Origin: Haloquadratum walsbyi C23
Lineage (GTDB): Archaea; Halobacteriota; Halobacteria; Halobacteriales; Haloferacaceae
Reading direction: 5' to 3'
DNA length: 40,000 bases
NCBI RefSeq assembly: GCF_000237865.1
Contig: NC_017459.1
Coordinates: 568,990 to 608,989, forward strand
The notes beneath the pieces are model-generated. The model was not told where the DNA came from. It ran no database searches and was given only the letters and a program-made list of their open reading frames with translations. Below are positions 36,694 to 40,000 of this stretch, in pieces. Position 1 is the first letter of the stretch. Each line of letters opens with the position of its first letter. The position numbers were made by a program, and so were the translations under genes.

Positions 36694-37866
36694 CTACACC
36701 TGATCTGGTAACTTCTCAGCCTCAGCTTGGATATCCTTCGTAGGTAGTGGGATGTAATTATTCTGCTCGACGAATACCTGCTGACCGAATGATGTCAAGA
36801 ACATGTTGAGGAATGCACCTTCCTGCATATCGGTCCCACCTGGAGTCTCCTCAGTGATCCGCGTGTACATGTGGAGGTCACGATTAAGCGGGTAGGCGCT
36901 GTCGAAGATAGTGTTCTCAGCGTCCTTATCCGGCTTGTAGACCGTACCGTCAAAATCGATTGCGACTGGTGGGACCTGGTCGCTCGTGAACGCTAGCGCC
37001 ATATATGCGATTGCGCCTTCGTTGTTTGCGACCGCTTCGGCAACCTGCTGATTCTGCCCGAATCGCGAGCTAACGCCTGACATCGATGCGTCAGCGGCGC
37101 CCAGCATATTCAGCCGGAATGAGGTGTCAGTACCGGAGCCTTCAGCACGACCGATAACGAAGATCTCTTGATCTGGACCACCGATCTCCGACCAATTAGT
37201 AATCTCACCCTGGTAGATCCCTCGGACTTGCTCGCCGGTTATCTGGGTCACGCCTGCATCGAAGATTTCCTTGCTCACAACGACTGGCTGACCGTCGCGA
37301 CCGACAACATGGTCAACGTATTCCTCTGATGCTTTCTCGTCGCTGATCCCGAGTTCAGCGGTGATTGGACCAGAGGAGTTACCAATGTCAACGAGTCCGT
37401 CACGGACTGCTTTACACCCGGTTCCTGAGTGACTCAAACTCACCGTTGTCGGGTATGGCGGGTCGGAACGCGTTTCGGTTGGGTCAAAGCCATATAAACT
37501 CGCGAAGTAATCTGCGAGGTTCATATCGGTATTGTCGAACTCGCTCCATCCTGGCACAGTGCTCTCGTCGGTGGAGCCCCAGTATTCGCCGTCACTCGGC
37601 GGCGCGTTCGCATTCCAGTAGGAACTGCCCTTGTTCGAGATTGGATAGACAGTCGATGACCCCTCTGCGTTGAGGAGGCTGATTTCACTACCACCAGAGC
37701 TGTCACTACTGTCAGAGCTGTCGGAACTATCGCCACCGTCGGATTCCTCACTACTGTTGCCCTCACTTGACGAGCAACCGGCGAGACCGGCTGCGCCGAT
37801 TGCCCCTGAAGTAAGGAGGAACTTTCGCCGCGATACTTGTGTGTCGCCCGCGTTGGCTTTTGACAT
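36694..37866 (-). CDS. pstS: Phosphate-binding lipoprotein PstS
   Basis: From ATG 37866: twin-arginine-type signal SRRKFLLTSGAIGAAGLAGCSS with a lipobox Cys, then a Ser/Asp-rich linker (DSSDSSDSSDSS), then a periplasmic-binding-protein body. The track uses TTG 37890. Confidence 0.85.
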   Translation of the reverse strand: MSKANAGDTQVSRRKFLLTSGAIGAAGLAGCSSSEGNSSEESDGGDSSDSSDSSDSSGGSEISLLNAEGSSTVYPISNKGSSYWNANAPPSDGEYWGSTDESTVPGWSEFDNTDMNLADYFASLYGFDPTETRSDPPYPTTVSLSHSGTGCKAVRDGLVDIGNSSGPITAELGISDEKASEEYVDHVVGRDGQPVVVSKEIFDAGVTQITGEQVRGIYQGEITNWSEIGGPDQEIFVIGRAEGSGTDTSFRLNMLGAADASMSGVSSRFGQNQQVAEAVANNEGAIAYMALAFTSDQVPPVAIDFDGTVYKPDKDAENTIFDSAYPLNRDLHMYTRITEETPGGTDMQEGAFLNMFLTSFGQQVFVEQNNYIPLPTKDIQAEAEKLPDQV

Positions 37867-37946
37867 CGAATAACTGTCTATCAAGTTCAAGTAAAACGAT
37901 TTATAATACCCCTACCGAGGACTCAATAGATGTGACGTTTGAAGCT

Positions 37947-37972
37947 AGTGCTATATATTTCATTATAGCACT
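37947..37972. promoter_or_regulatory. Perfect 9-bp inverted repeat AGTGCTATA-n8-TATAGCACT in the divergent pstS / 37997 intergenic region (candidate operator overlapping TATA-like sequence)
   Basis: Read directly: 37947..37955 and 37964..37972. It lies about 25-50 nt upstream of ATG 37997 and about 80 nt upstream of the pstS ATG. Confidence 0.4.
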
Positions 37973-37996
37973 CCATGCGAGTAATGTTTCCAGGGA

Positions 37997-38983
37997 ATGA
38001 AACTTATCAAGAGTTACCCATTGGAGACGCAGACTGCAAATATGCACACCGAGAAGTCCAGCAGGGTCACCGTTAGCGACGTGGTGACAGCAGTCGACGA
38101 TCCCGACGCCGACGCCGACACTGTCCGCGACGCGCTCAGACCAGTGACTAATGACGGGATGGTCACCCAGGCGGCGATCGAGACCACTGTGTCCGACGTC
38201 TCAAAACTTCTTGCGACAGCAGAGACCCGAATTGAACTCGCCGGAGATGCTTACGACGATATAGCTAGAGTAGCCGAACCTGTTGAGGATATCCCAACGG
38301 TGCGGGCGCGTCTTAACAGATTCAGTGAGCGGTTATCGGCAATCGAATCGCGGATTCCAGAACTCCGTCCTGGGATATCAATCCCAGAGGACGTCGAAAG
38401 CCAGCCCGTCGAAGTCTACAAGTTCGCGGTCCACATCCGAGAGATTATCGTGATTGCACAGGAGGCGATTGAGGCGGCTGAAGATTTCTCGTTCGATGCT
38501 GAGCAGTTCGAGTCGTGGCTGAATCGCCCGGACCGCCGCTACGACGAGTTCGTCGAGGACTTGGAGGTGGTAGTTGACGCAGCCGATGAACTCGCTACCA
38601 CAGTTGATGAGCTGGTGGACGAGTCTATGACCATGACCGTGGATCCGGCGGTCCAGTGGGCGGATGCCACGATGCGGACACAGGTGCTCTTACTTTTACT
38701 CACCGACCTCCATGCAGAACTTGCTGATCTCCGCAGGCTTGCCGACCGCACAGATGCCTATATCCGAACCGGACTCGCCGATCGAATAAACCGGGCGGAG
38801 GAGCAGGTCACTGATCTCAACTCAGCGCTCGATACGCACGCCACTCCAGCATGGCGTGACCGGTTCGGGGACGACGTCGAGGCGTTTGATGCGACCCTCA
38901 AAGGATTCGACCCGCCAGTTGACTGGGGCGCTATTGACCGGGCACTTACGGAACATCAACCGAATTGTCCTGATAAGGAGTAA
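37997..38983 (+). CDS. Acidic alpha-helical hypothetical protein (328 aa)
   Basis: Long ORF with haloarchaeal acidic composition and helical heptad-like stretches (RLNRFSERLSAIESRIPEL; LADRINRAEEQVTDLNSALD). No motif recognised. Alternative ATG at 38042. Confidence 0.7.
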   Translation: MKLIKSYPLETQTANMHTEKSSRVTVSDVVTAVDDPDADADTVRDALRPVTNDGMVTQAAIETTVSDVSKLLATAETRIELAGDAYDDIARVAEPVEDIPTVRARLNRFSERLSAIESRIPELRPGISIPEDVESQPVEVYKFAVHIREIIVIAQEAIEAAEDFSFDAEQFESWLNRPDRRYDEFVEDLEVVVDAADELATTVDELVDESMTMTVDPAVQWADATMRTQVLLLLLTDLHAELADLRRLADRTDAYIRTGLADRINRAEEQVTDLNSALDTHATPAWRDRFGDDVEAFDATLKGFDPPVDWGAIDRALTEHQPNCPDKE

Positions 38984-40000
38984 TGTGACCACATGATGCG
39001 CTTGGCTTAGCTATGCTGGCACTCCGTCGAACAGCATGCGCCATCACTCGCGTTTGAATCTCCCCGTGTATAATGTGCACCTCGCTGAAGTCTCATCTGT
39101 AAGGTCTGCGAGTAAAAACGTATCAGATATAAAATGGTAGTTGTATTGCCAACGACTGTTAAGCAACATGTTGTCGTCCTAATCACCAATTCATTCGAGA
39201 CGGTGAAAACGGACAAATGATAGACTCTACTCTAGAGACTAGTTGCTAGATCTCTTATCACCCTAATGCGTATCTAGATATGGAAACACATTCATTACAG
39301 CGAGTCTGACTCTCTTGATGCTGGGTCTGTTGCACCAACACTCGACTGAAAGAGCGCTTGTTAGCACCTCAAGAACTTTCTCAAAGAATTATTTGAGGCA
39401 GTGAGTTGAACAATGACGTTTTCCCGTCAACATACCTGTCAGCTTGGATATTTAATTCGAGCTGAATTATTTGAGCGGACCAGCGCAGTTCGTCGACTCA
39501 CATCCGCCGGACGTCATTGACCGCCTCCTGAACTCGCTTCGAGACGCAGTTCTTGTTGTCCAGCAGGAGTGGGAACGAGCCGATGAACTTGATTCCGCTG
39601 TTACGTGCTGTGAGTAGGTCCGAATTTTGCTGAGTTCTGATCGACACAAGAAGTCTGTGTTCACTCATAAGATTTATTCGCAGGTGTCTTCGCATCATTC
39701 ATTATCGAGCCCCGAAGCTTCCAGAGGGGTCGGGTCACAAGCCGTTGCACGAGTAGAGCCATATTTGTCTGGATCTCTCGTAACGTCTAAATACCAACCT
39801 TTGGCTGGATATTGGTCCTTCTTCACTACGAGGAAACCCTATCCCTCATTAAAGAAAGCAACGGTGAATAAAGAAGGGGCATAGAGTGATATACTACTCA
39901 GAGCCTATCCCTACTGTCTTTTAATCTATCTGAGAATTTCACTTTGGTATCTCTGATAAGAATCTTCCCTGATCGTATCCCAGAAAACGAAACAGCAGAG

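Noticed and set aside
1-40000. CRISPR arrays, rRNA and tRNA genes
   Set aside because: I saw no regularly spaced direct repeats and no rRNA- or tRNA-like sequences on manual inspection of intergenic regions. A tRNAscan or Infernal run would be needed to be certain.

Overview
This window looks like a low-GC haloarchaeal chromosome segment with an acidic proteome. Composition and gene content fit a Haloquadratum-like organism, but that is inference only. All calls come from manual reading of the ORF translations and the sequence; no database or structure search was possible.

Right half (about 19.9-40 kb): mostly ordinary housekeeping genes. These are mutS, an SDR oxidoreductase, an AstE/AspA-family deacylase, a DMT-type transporter, purT, a NAD-kinase/IMPase fusion, a RidA-family protein, an MFS transporter and a pstSCAB phosphate-uptake operon. 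Among them are hairpin-rich non-coding elements that look like decayed 3' ends of IS1341-type tnpB genes. A third copy of this element type sits inside the left-hand locus.

Left half (1-19.6 kb, continuing past the left edge): this is the interesting part. It holds eleven co-directional, tightly coupled minus-strand genes in three modules.
- Each module has one highly divergent tubulin/FtsZ/CetZ-superfamily GTPase. Glycine-rich T1 and GGGTGxG-type T4 motifs are recognisable in all three; T3-like, DNxxL-type and T7-like motifs are clear in some and degenerate or absent in others.
- Each module also has membrane-anchored proteins with very long acidic alpha-helical regions and/or sequon-dense Ig-like beta-sandwich ectodomains.
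- One GTPase carries an N-terminal C2H2-like zinc finger and a Ser/Asn/Asp-rich linker of about 120 aa.
- I recognise no other enzymatic domain in the locus.

I read the locus as a candidate trans-envelope cytoskeletal or membrane-remodelling system built from three tubulin-like paralogues. Its function is unknown.
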